A stretch of DNA of 63,274 nucleotides, filler included, from Octopus bimaculoides (Eukaryota), in assembly GCF_001194135.2 (NCBI RefSeq). It is 5 parts of 5 records of this genome, joined end to end, with 100 filler letters (N's around TTAATTAATTAA, not from the genome) between each part and the next. Parts side by side here need not be neighbours in the genome. Positions count along the whole stretch, not along the records: positions 23,390 to 50,398 come from NC_068997.1; 4 more parts are not named here. One strand, given 5' to 3'. This document shows, piece after piece, positions 38,112-50,293 of this stretch; the first letter of the stretch is position 1; every line of letters starts with the position of its first letter. A program made the translations under genes and the position numbers. The notes below the pieces were generated by a model. That model was not told the DNA's origin and ran no database searches. It saw only the letters and a program-made list of their open reading frames with translations.

Positions 38112-40837
38112 GACAGGCTTCCTTCATTCACCCACACTGTAAATCAGGTAGTTCACAAAGGAGTCACCCGTATTGTAAAACATGTAGTTCACAAAGCTGT
38201 CAGTAAGGTGAGGGTTGGCAATGAATATAGAGAAGAATTCCAGGTAGACATAGGGGTTCACCAAGGATCAGTCCTCAGCCCCCTCTTATTTGTCATAGTC
38301 CTCCAGGCAATAACAGAGGAATTCAAAACTGGCTGCTCCTGGGAGCTCCTCTGTGCTGATGACCTTGCTCTAATAGCTGAGTCACTACCAGAACTAGAGA
38401 TGAATTTTCAAGTGTGGAAGCACACACACACACAAATAACGTGAGTTTCTGTGCATGTGTTTTTACCAAAAAGTTTTTAAAAAAGGAGTACAGACCATTT
38501 CAACATACAAAAAAATATGTATGCATGCATGAAAATTTAAAATTAAATTAGTTTCCACAGTAAAAAGATAACAAATAGAAAAGAATAACAAAACTGTATA
38601 CAGCCTGGGCAAAGATCAGAAAGCTCCTTCTGCTGGTAAGAAAGGGCCTCTCACTCAGAGTGGAAGGTAGACTGTTTGATGCATGTGTGCAAACAGCCAT
38701 GCTACACGACAGTAAAACATGGGCCATGACTATTGAGGACATACATAGGCTTGAAAGAAATGAAGCTAGTATGATCCACAGTGGGACTGAGCCCGGAACC
38801 ATGTGGTTGGCAAGCAAGCTTCTTACCACACAGCCACACCTTGTTTTAAAACAATTATTTTTACTTACCAGAGGAATGAAACTGTGATAGGTTAGATGCT
38901 AAACTGGAAAGAAAATTATTTTAATTATTTAGGCAGTTCTGTGTAAGTGAGGTCATTGTTAAATTTGGGAAGGAAGGAAAACAAAGCCTTGTGTGGAGTT
39001 TGGAGGATGAGACTCAATGGAGATGATAAGAGATAAAAAGGTGGATTATACCATGGGGGGATTTGATGAATGGTAGATGAATCTTAATTATTGATAGGAG
39101 ACAATGTCATCCACTAGTTGAAGAGTAAGTCATTGTCAGTTAGTCACATGACTGTTTTTGGCAGATACTGTAAATGTAGCAGAATTATATATGTGATCAA
39201 TCGTGGCCTGTAGATGGTCAATTACTGATCAGGGCTTGAAGTGTTCTCTTGTCATGATGCAGATACTGATTATTTGGGATGTAATTTTAGCAATATTATA
39301 TCATATAAAAAATTACGAGGTCTAATATTGTAATGATTTTAAAGGTTTTACTTGTGTGTTGACAATGAGTTGAGAGAGTATACTGTTGGAAGAGTCTTTC
39401 TTTGATAATCTAATGATTGTATTTTAGTGTTAAAGAAATAATTTTATCATATTTCCATTGCAGAGTATTAATTGGACTTAAAAGAGTTTAGGTTTGAGAG
39501 AACGCCATTAAAACATTGCATTGAAGCAGTCTGATGGAAAATTCAGGCAGGCAGCTTAGCTACATGGGTTAAGAACAACAACATTACCGTTTTCCAATGC
39601 TTTTTAAGAAATGCTTTTTTACAGAAACCATACCGAGACTGATGATACCAAAGGAGATTTTGGAAGTGATATAGTTGGCAGTGCCAATTATATTGCTTTT
39701 TAGTGGGTTTGGATGCACTCTTACACATTTCAATAAGTTAAGATTAAACCCATACAGAAATGGAAAGAAAATATTGAAGAATAGGAGGTATCTGGGGAGT
39801 GCACATGAAGGTAATGTTCATGAAGAATGTGGAACTGAGAAGGGGTGGGTGTGTGCACGTGTATGTATGTGTGTGAGTATAAGAGTACATACAAAAGTGA
39901 GGGAATTGCAAAAGGAAAGGCAGTATCAGTCACCAGCTAAAATATCTCTGATGAGTCAGAGTGAGATAGAGGTAAAATATGTCGTCAATAGATTGATATA
40001 AAGTGGGCTGTGTGCATTGATGGCAATAGATTTCTATTGGTTCAAACTTTCAAGAGAATATTTGGTAGCTAAATGAATATCAAATTCATGAACATGACCA
40101 TCAGTTAGTGGGATACAATCCAAAAAACTGGCTGCAGAACAACTATAACCAAGAATATTGAGAATGAGACATTGATGATGATGCTCTATGGCACATTTCA
40201 ATAAATGTGATCTTGCAAATATAAGGAGAAACATTTCTTCTTCACTTTTCTTATGTCTTTCCTCAGTGGCAAAAATTAGTTACTTCTTTTACTTAATTTT
40301 GTTCCATCTTTTTCTTACCATCATTTCTTTTTCTTTTATTTATAATTGCTACCTTTTCTCTCTTCCACCAATCTCTACATCATTTCACTTTTATGATAAT
40401 TTTCTATTCTTCAGTCTTTCATTTTGCAACCTTTCTTTCATCTTTCTTATATTGTCTTTATCTTCTAGGTCAGACATCTTAACACTTTATTGCCATTATC
40501 CTTATTCTTTTCTTTACTGCTTATTCTCCACTATTCTTATTCTTCACTCCTTTCTTCATCTTTTCTTTCTCATGTTTTCTCTTACTACATCACTTCGTTT
40601 ACTAGTCACTTTCCTTTCATTTTCTGGAGAAAGCCTTGCCTGAAATGTTCCAGTGCTCTTCAGATTTATGTTGATTCAGTTGTAGTTTCACTTTGTAAAA
40701 TATTAATTTAATTTCAAGCAAACTCTGAAAGAAGAGAAGTGAAAGTAAAATAAATATTACTGATAGTCATTATGTATAACTAAATTCCAAATATCTTGTC
40801 TCAGCTAATTAAAAATGTTGTTTTTTTATATCTTCAG

Positions 40838-41002
40838 GCAGCCATGTGGATATTCACTGTGGAAATACATCTGAAGGGCAGAAATTGGACCCTTTAAAAA
40901 ATTCTAAAAATTACTATCACCCTAATTTATCTGCTGCTTACATTCGACTGCAAGGTTTGGTTCGCAACCAAGACAAATTAGATATATTATTCACAGTGAA
41001 AA
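40838..41002 (+). CDS. Exon of the CUB-LDLa protein: C-terminal half of the CUB-like domain, (G)SHVDIHCGNTSEGQKLDPLKNSKNYYHPNLSAAYIRLQGLVRNQDKLDILFTVK(R)
   Basis: Acceptor tttttttatatcttcag|, donor AAAA|GTGTGT (alternative in-phase donor G|GTTTGG after 40954); 165 nt, phase 1-1; joins in frame to both neighbours. Confidence 0.72.
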
Positions 41003-42571
41003 GTGTGTAACAATTTGTTTCTACTTTATACATATATACATACACACATATATATATATACACACACATGTGCGCGTGCGTGTACACACACAAATAATGT
41101 GAATTTCTGTGCATGTGTTTTTATGAAAATGTTTTAAAAAAGGAGTACAGACCATTTCAAAATACAAAACAATATGTATGCATGCATATTTTCTATACTA
41201 ATAAATTCAAATTACTGTCTGTGTGAACTTATCAATAACCTATCCAAAAAATTGGACCTCTCTCCAACAATATCAAGTAAGTCCTAATTATTAGAGGAGG
41301 TTTAAATTGTTTGGGGTGACCTTCGTACACCAGTACAAAGATCACCCCAACAATTTAAACCTCCTTTAATGTAAGCATGAATAGAGTTAAGGAATGTCAC
41401 AACCCATTCATACTTACAATCCCCTAAACAGTATTTTCCATTTCAAACTCTCTTTAAATTAGTTTTCAAAGACACTTATCATACCACTCACTCCCTTATA
41501 CATAAACTTCAAACAAATATTCTACTCAACAGTCATGAACAACCAAATCCAGGGTAAAACTCTGAGAAGACATCAACTTTTAATGTAATAACCATGTCCA
41601 TCCACACTAACCAACATATTGAGTTCTATATTAGATAATGTTTACTCTATATAATAGGGGAGGGGAAATCCNNNNNNNNNNNNNNNNNNNCACCAGTACA
41701 AAGATCACCCCAACAATTTAAACCTCCTTTAATGTAAGCATGAATAGAGTTAAGGAATGTCACAACCCATTCATACTTACAATCCCCTAAACAGTATTTT
41801 CCATTTCAAACTCTCTTTAAATTAGTTTTCAAAGACACTTATCATACCACTCACTCCCTTATACATAAACTTCAAACAAATATTCTACTCAACAGTCATG
41901 AACAACCAAATCCAGGGTAAAACTCTGAGAAGACATCAACTTTTAATGTAATAACCATGTCCATCCACACTAACCAACATATTGAGTTCTATATTAGATA
42001 ATGTTTACTCTATATAATAGGGGAGGGGAAATCCCCACCCACAGATGCACTTGTGCCCGTGAGCACATTCTATTGTGCCAGCAAGCCGATATACTTGTAT
42101 GTACAAAATGCAATAAATTTTTCAATTATAAAATTTATACAATATTCATATGCCTATTTGCGACACAGATCGTATTTCCAGTGCAACCTAAAATGGTTAG
42201 ACTCAAACAGAAGTCATCCGGTAATCGTCATTTGAATGGAAATTTTGTTTTCACTATAAAATGCATATTGCTAGGTTTATACCATCCACTTAAGACCCAA
42301 CTACACTCTAGCTGGAAAATATAGAATACTGTATAAGTAATATAAACGTCCTAAATTCAGCAGCAGCATTAATGAAGATATTACACGTTAATTTAATGTG
42401 TTAAACTTATCTTTATTAATGTATATCGAATTATATATAGATATATACAAGATTTACACAGGAAAATGAGTTAGAACCTGTGGTCCACCCGCAGACCTTT
42501 TCCACTGGAAATTTTTGCCTGCTGCACTAAAAAATTTCCCTATCTCTGCTATATAAGATACATTTTTAATA

Positions 42572-43135
42572 TTGGGTTAGCAAAAAAGGCACAAGTTTTA
42601 AATACAAAGTGATTTATTCAGTCAGTGATATGATTACAGTTTCATTCCAATATTTTCTGCCGTCTTGTGAGCATATCCATTATTCTATGCTCAAAGAATT
42701 TCTTTTTGCTGATGAAAAAGTCTCCCTGGTGAATTTTTACATCCTCTTCATATTTAAGGTCTGTCCTTTCAATGAATTTTGAAGAGAATCAAGCAGGTGC
42801 AAAGTTGGGCAAAACTTCTCAGTGTGTGGCAAAACTTCTCAGTGTGTGGCAAAACTTCTCAGTGTGTGGCAAAACTTCTCAGTGTGTGGCAAAACTTCTC
42901 AGCTAGTCCTAATAGCTTCTATCATATCTGCAAAGAAGTGTGCACTGTGACATTGTTGTGACAAAAGACAATTCCCTTACAATTAGCAAGTGCTAGATGC
43001 CTTTGGTGGATCACTGCATTTTATTTGTCCAGTTGGTCACAGTACACATCCAAATTGATGATCCTGTCCATGGGAAGAGTCTCATAAAAAACACCAAATA
43101 AAAAATAATCCCATCAAATTGAAAGCATAACCTTC
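42572..43135 (-). mobile_element. Mariner transposase C-terminal relic containing a 20-bp minisatellite
   Basis: Minus strand PNFAPA*FSSKF...KYEEDVK...FF...FFEHRIM...RRQKILE resembles the mariner SPDLAP..RWQK..E end; terminus ttgggttagcaaaa after TA. Confidence 0.7.
42808..42902 (+). repeat. 20-bp minisatellite GGCAAAACTTCTCAGTGTGT x4.75
   Basis: Perfect head-to-tail copies; no spacers. Confidence 0.97.
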
Positions 43136-45238
43136 TTTGAGTGGAGTCTTGCTTTGGAGGTTGTTTGTAGTGGTTCACCATGCTTCCCCACCATGATCAT
43201 TTGTGTGTCAAATTGTTATAGATGATTCATTTTACCTCCTATGCTGTGGGACTGAACCTGAGGCCACATCGTGGGATGTAGTCTGTGCTTTTATATATTT
43301 ATGTATGTATATGGTCGTTACATTGCAAACACTCACAAAGGTGATCACATAACAACATGGAGGCACCTGAATTATGTTATAATCTGTAAGTGTGATATCT
43401 ATGACATTTGTAATATCAAGTCCTTTCATGGATTGGAGTGCTGGATAGATCACTGCTTGGTGTGAGCAAAGTTCCAAATGGTAATCAGTGTGAAGGAGAG
43501 AAGAGAGCCAGCTGTAATTCTTCAGCACCTGAATGTCCATAAGATATGGTTTCTACAGCTAGATGATCTTCCTAATGCCAATCACTTTATAGAGTGCAAT
43601 GATGCTTTTTATGGAGGTGACCAGTACAAAGATCACCCCAACAATTTAAACCTCCTTTAATGTAAGCATGAATAGAGTTAAGGAATGTCACAACCCATTC
43701 ATACTTACAATCCCCTAAACAGTATTTTCCATTTCAAACTCTCTTTAAATTAGTTTTCAAAGACACTTATCATACCACTCATTCCCTTATACATAAACTT
43801 CAAACAAATATTCTACTCAACAGTCATGAGCAACCAAACCCAGGGTAAAACTCTGAGAAGACATCAACTTTTAATGTAATAACCATGTCCATCCACGCTA
43901 ACCAACATATTGAGTTCTATATTAGATAATGTTTACTCTATATAATAGGGGAGGGGAAATCACCACCCACAGGTGCAATTGTGTCCATGAGCACATTCTA
44001 TTGTGATATACTTGTATGTACAAAATGCAATAAATTTTTCAATAATAAGATTTATATAATATTCATATGCCTATTTGCAACATAGGTCATGTTTCCCTAA
44101 CCCTAGCCCTAAGACAAGAACCTCTCAACTAAGAGAGGAAGTGGAATTGAGAGATTAGATTACTTCAGTAGGGCAAGGAAGGAGAGGAAGCAGGGAGAGA
44201 GTTAGAGAGACAGTTGAAGTGAGAGGGAGAGATATCCTGCCCACAGGGAACAGTGGAAATAGTATAAATAGTAGAGTGGGGATAGAGGGGTATGTTCCAT
44301 AGGAGATGTTTAGAGATGGCAGTGATAATAAGTGAAGTTGAGTGGAATTGGAAGTAGCTGGGAGTGGGATTTGGTAGATATATGAGGGTATAGAGTGTGT
44401 ACAGATAAGCACATGAGGGAGATTAGAAGGGGCCTACAATGGGTAATGGGTGTGTGGGAAAGATGAGTTGTGGAGGAGTCTGACAGGACAGAATTATATG
44501 TATGTGTGTGTGGGGTCTTGAGTGTAAAGGATGAGCCTATATGTGTGGATAGCCATGATTTTACTTAGCTTGATGTGTCTTCTCAAGCACAGCAAATTGC
44601 CAGAAGTCTTGGTCTCTTATCATCTCCTCAGTGAGGCTCAATATGTGAAGATCCTCCATCACAACTTTATCCCATGTCTTCCTGGATTTGCCCCTTCCAC
44701 AGGTTCAATTTTCGTAATTAGAGATTGGCACTTCTTTATGCAGTTATTTACACTCTGCTGTACATGCCCACTAAACATTACCCATCCAGTGGAGAATGCT
44801 GGCTTAAATTTTTTCAAGCCTTCACTCATCATCTATAGTCACAGCCCATGTTCCATTGGTATGTAGTATAGTTGTTCATACACAGGCATCATACAATCTG
44901 TCTTTCATTCTGAGGGAGAGGCCTTTGTTACCAATAAAGGTAGTAGCTCTCTGAACTTTGCCCACCTACTAGCAACTATGCTTTCAAAGCTTCCTCCTTC
45001 ACTGCTAACTTGGTCACCTAGGTAATGGAAGCTATCTACTGCTTCAAAGGACCCCCACACCTGGATATTTGAGGAAGTCTATTTGTTCATTATTTGTGAG
45101 TGTGTGTGTGTGTATGCACACATCTATATATACACATATCCAAACAAATCTAAAATAGAGATGTAGTGGATCAACTGACCAGTTTATGATACCAACTGTT
45201 TTAATTATTGTATTGCTTTTCAATTGTCCTCTTCCCAG

Positions 45239-45364
45239 GAAACCAGTGTGCCTTGAACACATTTCGCTGTGTGAATGGTGATTGTATTCCAAAGTACATG
45301 AGGTGCAACAGTCAGATTGATTGCTCTGATTACTCTGATGAAAATGGCTGTTCACTTTTTGAAG
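45239..45364 (+). CDS. Exon of the CUB-LDLa protein: LDL-receptor class A module NQCALNTFRCVNGDCIPKYMRCNSQIDCSDYSDENGCSLFE(G)
   Basis: All six Cys plus the D-C-x-D-x-S-D-E acidic motif; acceptor ttgtcctcttcccag|, donor GAAG|GTGAGT; 126 nt, phase 1-1. Confidence 0.93.
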
Positions 45365-45599
45365 GTGAGTTTTGATTTCAAATATGTTAAATGAGCTTTA
45401 AAAGTAGAGTTGGACTGCTCAAGCGTGTATTACAGTTTAACTCAACTTTAGATCAGTTGACATAAGGAAATACAATATTAAATATGGGACTTATCTGACT
45501 GATGTTATGGTTTTGAAGAAAGTCCTCTTAGTTGGTTTAATAGAATATAGGCAGTCTTTGAGTTACTGGCAAGTTCCATTCTTGTATCTATCTGTAAGT

Positions 45600-46150
45600 C
45601 AGAACAGTTACATACGGTTTTTATCTAGCATCAGTTAGTAGAAAGTATAAATTTTCCATTAAAACATTATCATAATACATCATCAACAACAACAAATTGA
45701 GCAGGAATAGAGAAAACCTCATCGTCATCATCACTAGAAAACATTGAAAATGAACATGGCTGTGTAGAAGAAATAGAGGAAATTGAACTAGAAACAGCAG
45801 AAAGCTCAATATATCATTAGGAGACAAATAATAGTCAAGATGAAAACAAGTTTTACTTCTTGGAAGGAGAGGAGGAAAAGAGCTTGCTACACTGGCTGAA
45901 TGAGACTACCAGCTTTGAAAGGAATTGAAAGAGTGAAACTATGTAAAAACAGTAAAGAAGCTAAATGAGTTGTTAACTAAAATCACTGCTGAAAATATAA
46001 CAGATGTGAATGACTTTGTATACTGTACAACCTCTGTTGCTGTAGAAATCCTGGTGGATAAAAGTCATAGGAAAAAAAGGGTGGAAATGGAAATCCTAGA
46101 ATTAAGTTGAAAAGCTCAACAGAAATCTATGAAGGATAACAACAATGCAA
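45600..46150 (+). mobile_element. R4/Dong-like LINE relic; second fragment at 50312-50398
   Basis: RLPALKGIERVKL...KKLNELLTKITAENITDVNDFVY and KNNPKIFYRKIV...PSKEEVQ resemble pre-RT regions of R4/Dong ORFs; the second fragment abuts an (AAT)n tract. Confidence 0.5.
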
Positions 46151-46154
46151 TTCT

Positions 46155-46325
46155 ATATTTAAGAAATGAGGAATTATGTACATTATTTACATTTCATGGA
46201 TATTTGTCCTCATCTTGTTTGTTGTTAACACAACGTTTCAGCTGATATACCCTCCAGCCTTCATCAGGTGTCTTGGGGAAATTTCGAATCTGGGTTCTCA
46301 TTCCTAAGGTATTTTTTGATGTTGA
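46155..46325 (-). mobile_element. 5'-truncated copy of the hammerhead-bearing short element (same family as 62614-62741)
   Basis: Minus strand matches catc-aaaaataccttaggaatgagaaccca...aatgtacataattcctc at 62613-62741. Confidence 0.85.
46227..46272 (-). ncRNA. Minimal type-I hammerhead motif with intact core
   Basis: GACAC-CUGAUGA-A-GGCUG-GAGGGUAUAU-CAGCU-GAAA-CGU-U-GUGUU; 5-bp stems I and II; palindromic ACGU helix III. Confidence 0.75.
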
Positions 46326-46484
46326 GCAGAGAATTTCAGAGTTGGCATTAGTGATTTTGGTTGGAAGAGAACATTGCATGCGGTGAGTTGGATTATTTGT
46401 GCATTGTTGAAAATTGTTAAAGAATATTGTTATTTATTATTGTTGAATGTTTTTTGAAAATTGTTATATGACCCATTGTTGGGT

Positions 46485-47745
46485 ATGGAAACAGCCAGCT
46501 ATACTATGGCAGCAGGCAAAAGCCTGTCTGCCAACGCAATGCAGATGACTGAAATTAATATTGATATTAGCAAAGTGAAGAAACATAAGGAATTAATTAT
46601 AAAGGAGGGAGATTGCCTTTGGGTGACACCGCCGAAAGAATCCACGCAACGAGTGAAGAAGAAAATAATAGTGTACAGGACACTAAACGTTGAAACCAAG
46701 AAAATAGAGGTAGCGGCAACAGAAGACATAGAAGAATGTCTAAGTCAAGTAAAAGAGATGATGACCTTCTATGCAAGAGGGGGGAAATATGGAACAGTGG
46801 AGGTGTGATTTAAGAGCGAAGAAGATGCAAAAAGGCACTCCACTGTGCCCTTGAGAACAGCTAGGTGGGCACTCTTACCTATTGCGGAAGACGCGCCGCA
46901 AGGGTAAGAATAGGCAGAGTGACCCTGGAGATGAATGAAGAATGGCTGGTGGCAGCCATTATTTTCAATTGTAAGGACGAGGTGGAGGTTATAAGAGTTG
47001 AGAGGTCCAGAGAAATCATCTGGTGGGTTTTGGATTAGAAGTTCTAATCCATGTGATCCTGCCAGATTTACACAATATTACCGAGGAATTGGTACTCCCC
47101 GATGAGACCCGACTGAGAGTTGTGGTGGAGGGGAGACCACCCGTATATTATAAATGTAGAAGTAGGGGACTCATGCAAGCAAGGTGTCCCCTAAGAGAAG
47201 TGCAAATGGAGGAGATATGCAATGAGGCAGAGGTAGAGGAGGTGGAAGAAAAGGAAGAGGAAGCTGTGGCAGACAGAAAAAGGTCGAGGGTGGAGTCACC
47301 ACCCAAAACCTCCAAGAAAAGAAAAGCAGGGAAGGTGAAAAAGAAATATGTGGATGAAACAGAAGACATAGAGAGTCGAACCACGGAACCGGAGACAGAA
47401 GAAATTAGTGAAAAACACAGAATTAGACAGTGGTCGAATAAAGTACACGCACAAAGAGTAAAAGCAAGGATAATGAGACAACCTTCGGGTCGGAATCTAA
47501 GGATGTTAATGTACTACAAGCAAGATATAGAGTTGGAGAAGTGGATAACAAAGGGTCACACAACTGGATACAGTAACAGGCTATACCTACCAAGAAAGGA
47601 AGGACAGAGATTTATTAAACTCAGAAGATACCATCAGTATTGTTATATTAGGTTTGAAAAAAAAGCTATGTTATACACTGGAACAGTAGGGAAATTCAAG
47701 AACAAAAGTAAGAATGACAGGACAAACAGCTGGCAAGAGAAGTAA
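46485..47745 (+). pseudogene. LINE ORF1/gag-like pseudogene (RRM-like region, degenerate CCHC knuckle, acidic/basic tail) with no ORF2 downstream
   Basis: Three co-linear frames (46485-46808, about 46880-47030, 47023-47745) joined by one nonsense codon and two frameshifts; GKYGTVEV*FKSEEDAK; VVVEGRPPVYYKCRSRGLMQARCP. Confidence 0.7.
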
Positions 47746-49577
47746 TTATATGGATCATTCATGCAACAAATCGAGGATGCTGGAAATAAAAAAACACTGG
47801 TTGTGGCTGATAGATGGAAACCTGAAATGAGAAACTGAATTACAAATGAAAGTCACCTATGAACAATTCATTGGAATGAACTTGATAAAGATAAAAATTT
47901 ATAGATTTTAGTGCGAGAGCAAATGATAAATCTGAGGTAGAGAAGACAAAAGTTTTAAGTGTATGTAGTAAGCTAGCTCAACAGAATTATAAGTGCAGGC
48001 ATGGCTGTGTCAGTAAAAGAGTACATTGGAATATTAGCTGAGTGTGTAGATTCAAAGTGACAGAAAAGTAGTATGAGCACAAGCCAGAGGTTGTGAAATT
48101 TGCAGTAGAAATTTGCCTCAAACTACCAAATGTTGAACATCATCATCATCATCATCATTTAACGTCCGCTTTCCATGCTAGCATGGGTTGGACGATTTGA
48201 CTGGGGACTGGCAAATGATCTGGCAAAGTTTCTACAGCTGGATGCCCTTCCTAATGCCAACCACTCCGAGAGTATGGTGGGTGCTTTTTACGTGCCACAG
48301 GCACAAGGGCCAGTCCAGTGGTACTGGCAACGGCCACGCTCGAATGGTGTTTTTTTCATGTGCCACCTGCACAGGAGTCAGCCAGTGTTTTGTTCACATG
48401 CCACCGGCACAAGTGCCNNNNNNNNNNNNNNNNNNNNNNNNNNNNNNNNNNNNNNNNNNNNNNNNNNNNNNNNNNNNNNNNNNNNNNNNNNNNNNNNNNN
48501 NNNNNNNNNNNNNNNNNNNNNNNNNNNNNNNNNNNNNNNNNNNNNNNNNNNNNNNNNNNNNNNNNNNNNNNNNNNNNNNNNNNNNNNNNNNNNNNNNNNN
48601 NNNNNNNNNNNNNNNNNNNNNNNNNNNNNNNNNNNNNNNNNNNNNNNNNNNNNNNNNNNNNNNNNNNNNNNNNNNNNNNNNNNNNNNNNNNNNNNNNNNN
48701 CAGGTCTTCGCAAGCTGAGTTTAGTGTTCAATGAGAGAAGGTTGGCATGGGTTCCAGTCATCAAATTTGGTTCAGTTTCGATCTCACTTGCCCTAACAGG
48801 TCTTCGCAAGCAGAGTTTTGTGTCCAAAGAAGGAAAGGTATGCATAAGTGGGCTGGCCACACCCCTGGTAAAGGCCACGGGTTATGGTCTCACTTGGCTG
48901 CCAGGTCTTCTCACACACAGCATATTTCCACAGGCCTTGGTCACTAGTCATTGCTTTGGTGAGGCCTAATGTTTGAAGGTCGAACATTAGAGCAAGGTCA
49001 TCAGCATAGAGGAGCTCCCAGGGGCATTCCGTCTTGGAGGGGGCTAAGGACTGAACCTTGGTGGACCCCTACCTCTACCCGGAATTCTTCACTGTACTCA
49101 TTGCCAACCCTCATCTTACTGACAGCATGGCTTGCATAGCTCTCACTAACCATTCATCTATCCTTAGTTTCCTCATTGACCACCAGATGAGGGATCAGGG
49201 GACCCTGTCAAAGGCTTTCTCCATGTCAATGAAAGCCAGGTACAGAGGTTTATCCTTGGCTAGATATTTCTCCTGAAGCTGTCTTACCAGAAATATAGCA
49301 TCAGTGGTGCTTTTCCCAGGCATGAACCCAAACTGCATCTCATATAAACTGACTTGCTCCCTAANNNNNNNNNNGGGCTATAGCTGACACTGCCAGATAT
49401 TTTGAGCATCTCTGCAGTGATTGCTGATGGGCTGGGGGCTTTCCCTGTCTTCATACTCTTAATTACTTTATCTACCATGGTACTGTCAACTCGGATAGCT
49501 GGTCCATTCTCCCATTCATTTTCTTTATTGAGCAACCTTTCATAGTGGTGTCTCCAAACCTCTCTCTTTGCAGCCTC

Positions 49578-49611
<34 letters not shown>

Positions 49612-50122
49612 AGGCACTATCAATTCAATTATAAAACCTAAACAAGAATCCACAAATACAAGACTCTATATAGCAAATATCCAATGAAATAAACTATCAC
49701 CAGTAGCCTTCATAACCAACACATTACATGCACAAAACCCAATGCAAACACTAATAAAACAAAAAAACTGCACCATGCGCCATAAAAAAAAGAAACTGAT
49801 GCAATGCAATACCAAGAAGAGTTTTCACACTCCCAACAACAAAAAAGAATACACAATGTTGCACACACCTCAGCAACATGGAGGTGTAGCAGGTGATGCA
49901 GTAGAAATTTGCCTGAAACTGCCAAATCCTTCTACTGAAGGATACTTGACCTCAGTGTTTCACTGGTACTTAAGTTATCAACCTCGAAAGGATGAAAGGC
50001 AAGGTCAACCTTGGTGGAACTTGAACTCAGAATGAAGCAGCAGGCAAAATACTGCTAAGCATTTTGTCCAACATGCTTATGGTTCTACCAGCTTGCCATC
50101 CAAAGAATAATAAAATAATACC

Positions 50123-50164
<42 letters not shown>

Positions 50165-50249
50165 CGAACTTCTAACTTGTTGTCTCTTGAGGTCTCTGGG
50201 TGAGATTTGGATCCAACTTGTACAAATGCAAAGCAAAAGTCAAACATAA

Positions 50250-50293
<44 letters not shown>

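Larger units (their letters stand above)
41290..44112. repeat. Approximately 340-bp unit in three copies (41331-41671, 41691-42030, 43621-43960); the first starts at the apex of a 40-bp-arm hairpin
   Basis: Copies 1 and 2 are near-identical across a 20-N gap; copy 3 has about 4 substitutions; inverted arms 41290-41328 / 41333-41370. Confidence 0.85.

Noticed and set aside
39948-39985. CTGATGAGTC possible hammerhead start
   Set aside because: No GAC-GAAA return strand or stem I.
42181-42274. Phase-1 exon-like segment QPKMVRLKQKSSGNRHLNGNFVFTIKCILL
   Set aside because: Follows directly on the repeat-like segment shared with 43960-44095, and the CUB domain is already complete without it.
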